From contig JACVIX010000002.1 in NCBI GenBank assembly GCA_015711725.1, positions 1 through 54,979 on the forward strand: a stretch of 54,979 nucleotides of DNA. Direction: 5' to 3'. How positions within the stretch are numbered: position 1 is the stretch's first letter; each line of letters starts with the position of its first letter. Below the pieces are notes generated by a model. That model did not search any database, was not told the DNA's origin, and saw only the letters and a list, made by a program, of their open reading frames with translations. Below are positions 20,356-29,083 of this stretch, in pieces. Made by a program: the position numbers and the translations under genes. The DNA is from Candidatus Geothermincola primus. Lineage in GTDB: Bacteria > Actinomycetota > Geothermincolia > Geothermincolales > Geothermincolaceae.

Positions 20356-21315
20356 ATGATGAAACCCGGAGTGATAGCAATCGTTGGCCCCACTGCCACT
20401 GGTAAGTCGAGTTTGGCGCTTGAGTTAGCCCCTTTATACCGCGGGGAGATAGTTTCCATAGACTCTATGCAGGTTTACAGAGGCATGGATATCGGAACGG
20501 CCAAGCCCAAGCTGGAAGATTTAAGTAGGGTTCCCCATCATCTTGTGGATATAATTTGGCCCGATGAGAATTTCTCCGTGGCTGAGTTCCAGAAACTTGC
20601 AAGAAAAAGTATCGATGAAATCTTAAAGAGAGAGAAGATGCCCTTTCTGGTGGGAGGTTCGGGCTTATACCTCAGGACCGCGGTGGATGATTTCAATTTT
20701 CCCAAAGGGGTAGAAGACCCACACTTCAGGGAGTTGACAACGGATATACAAGGCGATTACACCCGCTATAACCCTTATGAGAAACTCAAAGAGATAGATC
20801 CCGTTTCGGCGGAAAAGATAGACCCAAGAAATCTTCGACGGGTGCTGAGAGCTCTAGAAGTGTACGAGCTTACCGGAATACCATTCTCGCGCTTCCAAAA
20901 AGAATTTCAGGAGATCCCCCCGGTTTACGATCTGGTGGCTGTTGGCCTGTACGCAGAAAGGAGCCTTCTTTACGAATCTATCGATCGCAGGGTGGACCGC
21001 ATGATCGAGGAAGGATTGGTGGATGAGGTGAGGAGGCTAAAGGAAAGATTTGAGCTCTCCATGACGGCGAGACAGGCAATTGGCTATAGGGAAGTTCTCG
21101 ATTATCTTGACAACAAGATAAGCCTTGAGGAAACTATTCATAAAATTAAGGTGAGAACCCACCGTTTCGCCAAGCGACAGATGACCTGGTTCAAAAGGGA
21201 CAAAAGGATCAAATGGATAGAGCTCACCGAAAAGGAGCTTAAAGGCGAAATACAAAGCTTACAGAAGCGAGTTCGCGCATACTTAGACGCGGTTTTAGGC
21301 AAGGAGGACTGTTGA
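20356..21315 (+). CDS. miaA: tRNA dimethylallyltransferase
   Basis: P-loop 'IVGPTATGKS' and 'SMQVYRGMDIGTAKP'. Confidence 0.95.
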   Translation: MMKPGVIAIVGPTATGKSSLALELAPLYRGEIVSIDSMQVYRGMDIGTAKPKLEDLSRVPHHLVDIIWPDENFSVAEFQKLARKSIDEILKREKMPFLVGGSGLYLRTAVDDFNFPKGVEDPHFRELTTDIQGDYTRYNPYEKLKEIDPVSAEKIDPRNLRRVLRALEVYELTGIPFSRFQKEFQEIPPVYDLVAVGLYAERSLLYESIDRRVDRMIEEGLVDEVRRLKERFELSMTARQAIGYREVLDYLDNKISLEETIHKIKVRTHRFAKRQMTWFKRDKRIKWIELTEKELKGEIQSLQKRVRAYLDAVLGKEDC

Positions 21316-22175
21316 AGAGAAAATTCTTTAAGTACCATGGGTTGGGAAACGACTTTATCATATTCGAATATACGTCTGGAGAGCAAGATTTCGATAGAAA
21401 CCTGGTGGCCCCTCTTTGCAGAAGGGAATGGGGGGTAGGTGCGGATGGCGTTATTCTGGCGTCACCGCCTCGCGGTGGTGGTCATGCCAGAATGATAATC
21501 TATAACGCCGATGGTTCGGAGGCGGAGATGTGCGGCAACGGCATAAGATGTCTTGCCGCATTCCTTTATACCCATGGATTGGTAAGGGACAACCCAATGA
21601 TTATTGAGACAATGAAGGGAGCTAGGGAAGTTCATCTGGATATGGAGGGCCCTGATATCAGTTCGGTCTCCGTGGACATGGGGATACCCGAATTCCATCG
21701 AGCTAGTATCCCCATGAAAGGTGAGAAAAAGGAGGCTGTTAGGGAAAAGATTGAAGCGGGGGGAAAAGAGTATGAGGTGACCTGTCTTTCTATGGGAAAC
21801 CCCCACTGCGTGGTCTTCACGCCCACTTTGGATACTGCTCCGGTGGAAGAGGTGGGTCCTCTATTGGAACATCATCCCATCTTCCCGCAAAGGACCAACG
21901 TGGAATTCGTCAAGGTGGAATCGGAAAAAAGATTGAGAGTTCGAGTATGGGAAAGAGGAGTTGGAGAAACTCAGGCTTGCGGAACGGGAGCATGCGCCGC
22001 CTTCGCAGCATCATTACGATTGATGAAAGGAGCATCTCCCATGGAAGTTATTCTTCCGGGAGGCACGTTACACTTAAAAGTGGATGAGTTTGGACATATA
22101 CATATGAGAGGCCCCATTATGGAAGTTTTCAAAGGGGAACTTTCCAGACAATGGATAAAGCAATATATGGAATAA
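21312..22175 (+). CDS. dapF: diaminopimelate epimerase
   Basis: Contains 'KYHGLGNDF' and both catalytic Cys regions, 'EMCGNG' and 'ACGTGACA'. The TTG start overlaps the miaA stop. Confidence 0.94.
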   Translation: MKRKFFKYHGLGNDFIIFEYTSGEQDFDRNLVAPLCRREWGVGADGVILASPPRGGGHARMIIYNADGSEAEMCGNGIRCLAAFLYTHGLVRDNPMIIETMKGAREVHLDMEGPDISSVSVDMGIPEFHRASIPMKGEKKEAVREKIEAGGKEYEVTCLSMGNPHCVVFTPTLDTAPVEEVGPLLEHHPIFPQRTNVEFVKVESEKRLRVRVWERGVGETQACGTGACAAFAASLRLMKGASPMEVILPGGTLHLKVDEFGHIHMRGPIMEVFKGELSRQWIKQYME

Positions 22176-22190
22176 ACGGAAGGAGGAGAG

Positions 22191-23354
22191 TTGAGAATTG
22201 CGCAAAGGCTAAACAATTTGGAGCCGTACCTTTTCGCGGAAATAGACCGAAAGATAGCTGAAAAAAAGGCGCAGGGACTAAGAGTAATTGATTTTGGCAT
22301 CGGCGATCCAGATATGCCCACGCCCAAACATATAGTGGACGCGCTTTGCGAGGCTAGTAAGGACCCCCGGAACCATAGATACCCATCCTATCAAGGTCTC
22401 CCAGCATTTTTGGAGGCAGTATCAAGCTGGTTCGAGAAGAGATTTGGGGTCCAGCTAGATCCTCAAAAGGAGATTGTGAGCGTGATCGGATCCAAGGATG
22501 GTATTTCTCATTTTCCCCTCGCTTTCGTCAATCCTGGAGATACCGTCCTGGTCACTGAGCCAGGTTATCCCGTCTACCGGACTTCCACAATTTTCGCTGG
22601 GGGGCACCCTTACCTGCTTCCTCTCAAAGAGGAGCGAGGTTATCTCCCAGATCTTAAATCGGTTCCCGCTGATGTCCTCAACAATGCGACCATACTCTTT
22701 ATAAATTATCCCAATAATCCGACGACTGCGGTGGCGTCGCTCACCTTCTTCGAAGAGGCGGTCTACTTTGCACGAAAGCATGAATTGATAATAGCCCACG
22801 ACAACGCCTACTCGGAGATTACCTACGATGGCTATGTTGCCCCATCGATAATGGAGGTTCCCGGCGCCAAACAGGTTTGCGTGGAATTTCATTCCCTATC
22901 CAAGACCTATAACATGACTGGCTGGAGATTGGGATTCGCGGTGGGGGGAAGCGAGATAATCGACGCGTTTAAGACCCTGAAAACGAATATAGACTCGGGA
23001 GTTTTTAACGCAATACAGTATGCTGGAATAGCCGCTTTGACCGGTCCACAGGACTATGTAACCGCCATGTGCGATATATATAAAAAAAGGAGGGACCTGC
23101 TGGTTGAATGCCTGGAAAAAATAGGGTGGCAGGTGAAAAAACCCCAGGCCACTATCTATGTCTGGGTGAAGGTGCCAAAAGAATTCGATTCATCAACTTT
23201 TACTGAGTATCTGCTGGAAGAATCGGCAATTGTGGTCGCTCCCGGTTCCGCATACGGTCCCAGTGGAGAGGGTTATGTTAGGTTTTCCCTTACCATCCCC
23301 GAAGAGGACCTCCTGCTGGGTATCGACAATCTTCGGAAATCTTTCCTGCAGTGA
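22191..23354 (+). CDS. dapL: LL-diaminopimelate aminotransferase (class I/II aminotransferase)
   Basis: The N-terminus 'LEPYLFAEIDRKIAEKK...IDFGIGDPDMPTP' is typical of DapL, and 'SLSKTYNMTGWRLG' is the PLP-lysine region. Adjacency to dapF supports the call. Confidence 0.8.
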   Translation: MRIAQRLNNLEPYLFAEIDRKIAEKKAQGLRVIDFGIGDPDMPTPKHIVDALCEASKDPRNHRYPSYQGLPAFLEAVSSWFEKRFGVQLDPQKEIVSVIGSKDGISHFPLAFVNPGDTVLVTEPGYPVYRTSTIFAGGHPYLLPLKEERGYLPDLKSVPADVLNNATILFINYPNNPTTAVASLTFFEEAVYFARKHELIIAHDNAYSEITYDGYVAPSIMEVPGAKQVCVEFHSLSKTYNMTGWRLGFAVGGSEIIDAFKTLKTNIDSGVFNAIQYAGIAALTGPQDYVTAMCDIYKKRRDLLVECLEKIGWQVKKPQATIYVWVKVPKEFDSSTFTEYLLEESAIVVAPGSAYGPSGEGYVRFSLTIPEEDLLLGIDNLRKSFLQ

Positions 23355-23360
23355 GTTTTC

Positions 23361-24512
23361 ATGAATGATTTAAATAAAACTGAGGATAGCAGAGAGAGAG
23401 CTCTCCTCGTGGGGATTCGGTTCCCTTCAATGAAAGCGTCCGAAGCCGAGGAAAGTATAAATGAGCTTAAGGCACTCGCTAGGACCGCAGGGGCTGAAGT
23501 GACGGAAGTCGTTCTTCAGCAGAGGGAGCGTCCGGATAGCTCCATTCTAATAGGCAGAGGAAAAGCCAGGGAAATCGCGGAGCTCATTAAGGAAAGGCAA
23601 ATAGATCTGGCAATATTCGATCACGATCTCACCCCGGTCCAACAAAGGAACTTGGAGAATCTCTTCTCTTGTAAAGTGGTTGATCGCACCGCCTTGATCC
23701 TGGATATATTCGCCCTTCACGCTCACACCAAGGAGGGAAAGGTGCAGGTAGAACTAGCCCAATACATGTACCTTTTGAATAGATTGACGGGGAGGGGGAT
23801 CCAGCTATCCAGGCTGGGAGGGGGAATTGGGACCCGAGGGCCCGGGGAGACCAAGCTTGAGGTGGATCGCAGGGTTATACGAAGGCGCATAGGGACTCTC
23901 CGTAAAGAACTGCGGGAGCTTGAGCGGGTGCGTCAGGTGAAAAGAAAAAGAAGGGCGAAACGAGGGATATATTCTTTTTCTCTAGTTGGCTATACCAATG
24001 CCGGTAAATCATCTTTGTTAAACCAGCTGGCACGTACTTCTGTGACTGTCGAGGACATGCTCTTTTCCACGCTGGATTCCACTACTAAAAGGATAAGACT
24101 TGAAAGCGGAAAAATCGCCGTCATTACCGACACGGTAGGGTTTATCAACAAACTTCCCCATCAGTTAGTGGAGGCCTTCAAGTCAACCCTGGAGGAAGTC
24201 AGGGAAAGCGACACCATCCTGCATGTAATCGATGCCTCGTCAAATCTACTACATAATAAGGTGGAAGCGGTGTATACAGTTCTCGATGAATTGGGTGCCG
24301 AGAATATTCCACGAATCGAGGTTCTGAACAAGATAGACCTCTGTGATGAGGAGAGGCGACGGGAGTTGACTCGCATGTTTAAAGGCGCGTTGATGATATC
24401 AGCTAAAACGGGTGAGGGTTTGGAATGTTTGAAGGAATTGCTGGATGAGGTTGTCACCTCAGCAAAAAACGCGAGAGCTGGGGAAAGACATATAATTTCA
24501 GGGCGGAATTGA
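23361..24512 (+). CDS. hflX: GTPase HflX
   Basis: HflX N-domain followed by G1 'GYTNAGKSSLLN', G3 'DTVGF' and G4 'NKID'. Confidence 0.94.
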   Translation: MNDLNKTEDSRERALLVGIRFPSMKASEAEESINELKALARTAGAEVTEVVLQQRERPDSSILIGRGKAREIAELIKERQIDLAIFDHDLTPVQQRNLENLFSCKVVDRTALILDIFALHAHTKEGKVQVELAQYMYLLNRLTGRGIQLSRLGGGIGTRGPGETKLEVDRRVIRRRIGTLRKELRELERVRQVKRKRRAKRGIYSFSLVGYTNAGKSSLLNQLARTSVTVEDMLFSTLDSTTKRIRLESGKIAVITDTVGFINKLPHQLVEAFKSTLEEVRESDTILHVIDASSNLLHNKVEAVYTVLDELGAENIPRIEVLNKIDLCDEERRRELTRMFKGALMISAKTGEGLECLKELLDEVVTSAKNARAGERHIISGRN

Positions 24513-24777
24513 GCTGAGTGGATCCATTTCGAGAAAACAAGTCCCAGATTAGCACGCTAGGGAACTAGGAGATTTTTACCCTTAAAACCAGCGCGATCGG
24601 TACAGCTATGCGATTCCTCTTTCCTAAAGAAGGGGGCGCTCCTAGCGATGTCAAAATACGCCCAAAGACGCGTTTTGTCGGAAACGACATAATATTATCC
24701 AGATATTTAAAGATAATGTCGAATATCAATTATGAACGATTAGTTTGTTGATGAAATAATATAGTTGGATCACACGG

Positions 24778-26895
24778 GTGCACTCGATGGATTGGAAAGA
24801 TGAAAATACATTCCGCTACGAATTCATATTGAGGTTGCTCTTCATCGCCTCAGTTTTCATAATCGTAAATCTTAATTGGCTGGGCGTATATATCGGGGAT
24901 GAGATAAACTATCCCCTAGTATACGGACTCACCAGTGGATACTTACTGCTCAATCTCTTATGGATACTGGGAAGAGAAAAATTTTCTTACCAGGGAGATT
25001 ATTGGTATATAGTTGTTGCCATCGATTTCACGATAACTTTCGCCTATATTTTCGCAACTGGGGGGGCGGAAAGCAACCTATTCCTCATGCTGGGAATCGT
25101 TCCTATGATCGCAGGAGTGTACTTCGGCTTAAAGGGAGCTGTTGTTGCCGGCGTCGCAGAGATCGCGGCCTTCACCTTCGTGGTCTTACTGGACAAGGTT
25201 TTGATAAAACAAGTCGAGGCCACCAACTATTCCCATTTGGTAATAAGGTACGTGTATATCGCCGGTTCCGCGCTATTCGATGCAGTTATAACTGGATTGA
25301 TGGCTAAAGACCGAGACAGACTAGAGGTGCTCTATAAAATAAGTCAAAGCAACAGTTCCATTCCTATATTATCCAGGCTGGTGGAATCCATTTTAGGCTT
25401 GCTGTCAGATCATTTAAGAGCGAGCAAGGTTTTATTAATACTTTATGAGGAGCAAAGCGATGATTTACGTATTCAAGAGCCAGCCATTGGGCTGAGCGCG
25501 GTGGAAATAGCAACGATCAATGATCAACTAAACAGCGAGGAGGCGTACGAAAAATTATTATCCGTGGACAAGAGCATGAGAACTAACGCCAACTTTCTCC
25601 CCGGATTGGCAGGCGAACAGGCTTCCAGCAAAAAAAGCCGGCTTGACGTAATGATAACTTCGCTGCGAGCAAGGGAAAGAAAAATTGGATATATAGTTCT
25701 GTGGAGACGTGAAGACCAAAAGGAGTTCACGCGCAGGGACGAGAGATTTATGAACTTGGTATCCGACCATATAGCTGTATATATCGAGAACACACTTCTT
25801 TATAAAAAGAGCGAGGAGAACGTGGCTCAGCTCTCCAGTCTGATCAGGGTAGTTGATGCTATCGGTAGCCTCTCTAAGTTGGATGATATCTACACGCTAG
25901 CCCTTGATGTGGTCAGAGGCCTCTTCGCTCCCGATATGGCTCTAATTAATGTAGTGAACAGGAAAACGGGTTTGTTGGAGCCGGTTAAGAGCTTTGGGTT
26001 CAGCGAGTATTACCAGTTGCATAATTTAGGAAGACCCTTCGAGAGAATCTTGGATTGCTTTGTGCTCACGCATGACCGAGGATTCTTGAGTCCTGATATA
26101 GATAAAGACAAAAGATGCCCTAATTTGAGAGTGGAGGAAGGTGTAAAATCGGTGCTCTGCACCGCCATAAAAAGTGGCAAGGAGGTGTACGGAATCCTAC
26201 ATCTAGCTAGTCGTTATCCCGGGGCGTTTAACGAACAAGACCTTACCCTAGCCAACGCCATCGGTGAGCAATTGGGTATTGCCTTGGAGAGGGCGGAACT
26301 CTTTAATGAAATAAACCGACTGGCCATAACCGATTCCCTGACCGGCCTCTACAATAGGCGTTATCTAAACAATATTTTAGAAGATGAGATAAAACGCTCA
26401 TCGCGATATAATCATCCTTTATCTTTCGTGATGATCGATATAGATCACTTTAAATTTTACAACGACAGAAATGGACATCCCATGGGGGACCAAGTTCTGA
26501 GAGATCTGGCTAAGATACTAAAGGAAAACACCCGGGAAGTGGATGTCCTTTTCCGCTATGGAGGCGAGGAATTTTTAATCCTGGTTCCTGAGGCGAATAA
26601 GGATGAAGCGGTGGTGATGGCGGAGAGAATCAGAAGTATGGTAAAGGAATTCAGATTTCCCATGGAGGAAGATCAACCAGAAGGGGATCTAACTATAAGC
26701 ATTGGAGTGGCCAGTTATCCGGAGGATGGGGCTAGTGGGGAATTGCTGATAGAGATGGCTGACCGCGCTCTCTACCAGGCCAAGAGGATGGGAAGGGATA
26801 GTGTGATTCCTTATTCCGTAAGATATCCAGATGAACATAATATAAGGGGGAGCGCTAAGTGGGGTTCCGATGGAAAGCATGGTCAATACAGCTAG
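24778..26895 (+). CDS. membrane-bound GAF-domain diguanylate cyclase
   Basis: Multi-TM N-terminal region and GAF-like central repeats. The GGDEF domain has active site 'RYGGEEF' and an I-site 'REVD' five residues upstream. Confidence 0.88.
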   Translation: MHSMDWKDENTFRYEFILRLLFIASVFIIVNLNWLGVYIGDEINYPLVYGLTSGYLLLNLLWILGREKFSYQGDYWYIVVAIDFTITFAYIFATGGAESNLFLMLGIVPMIAGVYFGLKGAVVAGVAEIAAFTFVVLLDKVLIKQVEATNYSHLVIRYVYIAGSALFDAVITGLMAKDRDRLEVLYKISQSNSSIPILSRLVESILGLLSDHLRASKVLLILYEEQSDDLRIQEPAIGLSAVEIATINDQLNSEEAYEKLLSVDKSMRTNANFLPGLAGEQASSKKSRLDVMITSLRARERKIGYIVLWRREDQKEFTRRDERFMNLVSDHIAVYIENTLLYKKSEENVAQLSSLIRVVDAIGSLSKLDDIYTLALDVVRGLFAPDMALINVVNRKTGLLEPVKSFGFSEYYQLHNLGRPFERILDCFVLTHDRGFLSPDIDKDKRCPNLRVEEGVKSVLCTAIKSGKEVYGILHLASRYPGAFNEQDLTLANAIGEQLGIALERAELFNEINRLAITDSLTGLYNRRYLNNILEDEIKRSSRYNHPLSFVMIDIDHFKFYNDRNGHPMGDQVLRDLAKILKENTREVDVLFRYGGEEFLILVPEANKDEAVVMAERIRSMVKEFRFPMEEDQPEGDLTISIGVASYPEDGASGELLIEMADRALYQAKRMGRDSVIPYSVRYPDEHNIRGSAKWGSDGKHGQYS

Positions 26896-27532
26896 CGCCG
26901 GAGTTTGTCCGCGATGGCATAAACAGCACGTTTACTTAAACGATCCTTTAGGAATACATTATCCGGTCCTTTGCAACGGTGGGAGTAAAACGCTAGTTTA
27001 TCTTTCCCCCTCTCTTATGAATCGTATTGAGTTTGGTCGCGACTTTCTCAAACTAAATAAAGGTTTTGACCACTAAAGCGCTGACGCCCTATGAGCGAAA
27101 GAGGGAAATCTATTAAATCTCGATATTAACAAACTGGAGGTAAGCTCAATCTTGCCCATGAAAAATTGACAAATTTTCCTTCCTGGGGCCACCGAGAAGC
27201 GCAATAGATATATCCATTAGTAGACAGAAAAGAACAAAAAGCTCAGTTTATCTGGTAAAACAACGCTACGTTGGTAGGAAAAACTTCGCCCCACATAGGT
27301 TTACCGTTACAGTGAGCTTGATTTAACAATATATTATATAGGTCCTTAAGCAAATAGCCCGATTTAACAGAACTATAGTTTTAAAAGGGCGGGAAAGATC
27401 GATCCACTATATGAATTTATCGTCTTTCCGACGCTTGAGGTTTTAACGGTTAAATATTAATATTATTAATGTTCCTGATTGTATTTATGAGGAAGTTTAA
27501 AAGACGACAATGAATTATTGTCTGTCGGGTTT

Positions 27533-27610
27533 CGGGATGTAGCGCAGTTTGGTTAGCGCGCTGGACTGGGGGTCCAGAGGTCGGAGGTTCAAATCCTCTC
27601 ATCCCGACCA
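27533..27610 (+). tRNA. tRNA-Pro (anticodon GGG), CCA encoded
   Basis: The acceptor stem pairs CGGGATG with CATCCCG. The D arm is 'TAGCGCAGTTTGGTTAGCGCG'. The anticodon stem-loop is CTGGA-CTGGGGG-TCCAG (anticodon GGG, G37), and the T arm is 'GGAGGTTCAAATCCTCT'. The 3' end is ACCA. Confidence 0.93.
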
Positions 27611-27613
27611 GCG

Positions 27614-27635
27614 GAAAGGCCCTTATGGGCCTTTC
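27614..27635 (+). terminator. hairpin downstream of tRNA-Pro
   Basis: A 9-bp stem pairs GAAAGGCCC with GGGCCTTTC around the loop TTAT. There is no long U-tract. Confidence 0.45.
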
Positions 27636-27800
27636 AGATTAATTAAAGTTATTTGTGACTAGCGATTAAAAAGTTTGTGTTGAGAGCCAAGATAGGTTAT
27701 TTTGCTAAAAATTGATAAAGTTTACCTAGGTTTTGCTAGCGGTCGACTGGCTATAGACCATAATTTTATTGAATAACGGATTTAAAGAGAGGAAATACGG

Positions 27801-28379
27801 ATGGCCAATCTAGTAACCATTTTGAGGATTATACTAACGCCCTTGACAGTGTGGTTAATTTTAATTTCTTCGCCAAATCGTACGGATACCGGACATCTGC
27901 TCGCTTTGGCATATTTCCTTACCGCAGCTGCCACAGATTTTATCGATGGGCAGATAGCCAGAAGAACCGACACCATTACCGAGTTCGGTAAGGTCGTTGA
28001 TCCTTTCGCCGACAGATTGTTGGTCATTGCGGTGCTGGTCTCCCTGATGATAAAAGATTTCTTACCCATTTGGATGGGAGTGCTAATAGTAACTAGAGAC
28101 CTGCTTATGCTTATTGGCGCTCCTCTCATCGGCATTAACAAGCAGGATATTCGCGACGAGCTCGCGGTTCATTGGACTGGCAAACTTGCCACTGCTCTCC
28201 TCTTCGTATCCATATGTGTGTTTATCTTATTTAACACGGCGGGATACGTGAATCCAGTTGGATTCTATATTTTCCTCGTCGGGGTGTTGTTCAGCTATTT
28301 GAGCGGGTATATATATGTAATGAGGGGTATAAGGATTTTGAGGAGAAAACAAGGAGGGATGGGTGATGAGCTATCTTAG
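27801..28379 (+). CDS. CDP-alcohol phosphatidyltransferase (PgsA or actinobacterial-type cardiolipin synthase)
   Basis: Family motif 'DFIDGQIARRTDTITEFGKVVDPFADRLL' (D-x2-DG-x2-AR-x8-G-x3-D-x3-D) in a multi-TM protein. It lies next to a long ManC-like gene, an arrangement I recall from Streptomyces. Confidence 0.85.
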   Translation: MANLVTILRIILTPLTVWLILISSPNRTDTGHLLALAYFLTAAATDFIDGQIARRTDTITEFGKVVDPFADRLLVIAVLVSLMIKDFLPIWMGVLIVTRDLLMLIGAPLIGINKQDIRDELAVHWTGKLATALLFVSICVFILFNTAGYVNPVGFYIFLVGVLFSYLSGYIYVMRGIRILRRKQGGMGDELS

Positions 28380-29046
28380 TAACGAAGACCTGGGAAAGCC
28401 CTTTGTGAAAATATCCTGGTATGGGCATGCCATGTTTGCCATTGAGGATGATGAGGGAACCCGCGTTATAACCGATCCCTATGACCCACAGATTGGCTAC
28501 AATTTTCCGGAGATAGAAGCGAACATCGTTACCGTGAGCCACGACCATTTCGACCATAACAACGTAAAGGGAGTTAAAGGAAATCCCATAGTAATTAAGG
28601 AAGCCAGCCCGAGGGATATAAGCGGCGTTAAGATAGAAGGCGTTACGTCCTACCATGATGCCTCATCGGGTTCAGAACGGGGAAGCAATATAATATACCG
28701 CTGGGAAATGGCGGGCTTAAACCTAGCTCATCTTGGCGACCTGGGGCACCCTCTAGATTCCAGTCAAGCCGAGCGGCTTAGGGACCTAGACATCCTGTTT
28801 ATTCCAGTTGGCGGGGTATTCACCATTGATGGCGAGGCCGCGGCTAGTTTGGTGGAGGAGATCAAACCAAGAGTGGTTATCCCCATGCATTACAAGACCC
28901 CCGTATTGAACCTTCCTATCGCGGGAGTTGAACCATTTACCCAGAGATTTAAGGATGTTGAGGACGCGGGCAAGAATCCTATCTACCTGGGGAAGAGCAA
29001 TATACCTCAGGCGACTAAAGTGATCGTGCTAGATTATTTGGAGTAA
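28363..29046 (+). CDS. MBL-fold metallo-hydrolase
   Basis: Contains 'HDHFDH' (HxHxDH-type motif) and has beta-lactamase-fold length. Confidence 0.75.
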   Translation: MMSYLSNEDLGKPFVKISWYGHAMFAIEDDEGTRVITDPYDPQIGYNFPEIEANIVTVSHDHFDHNNVKGVKGNPIVIKEASPRDISGVKIEGVTSYHDASSGSERGSNIIYRWEMAGLNLAHLGDLGHPLDSSQAERLRDLDILFIPVGGVFTIDGEAAASLVEEIKPRVVIPMHYKTPVLNLPIAGVEPFTQRFKDVEDAGKNPIYLGKSNIPQATKVIVLDYLE

Positions 29047-29083
29047 ATCGAGTCAACGGCAACTCACAGCAAGAGGACGAAAT

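Noticed and set aside
24513-24777. c-di-GMP riboswitch upstream of the GGDEF cyclase. The region includes 'AAAGACGCG' and a GNRA hairpin TGTCG-GAAA-CGACA at about 24676-90.
   Set aside because: Only a short hairpin and a vague 'GACGC' resemblance are present. The paired P1/P2 architecture and conserved GEMM nucleotides are not there.
26870-27076. 68-aa ORF overlapping the end of the diguanylate cyclase gene.
   Set aside because: It has no SD, overlaps the cyclase 3' end and has no motif. It is likely spurious.
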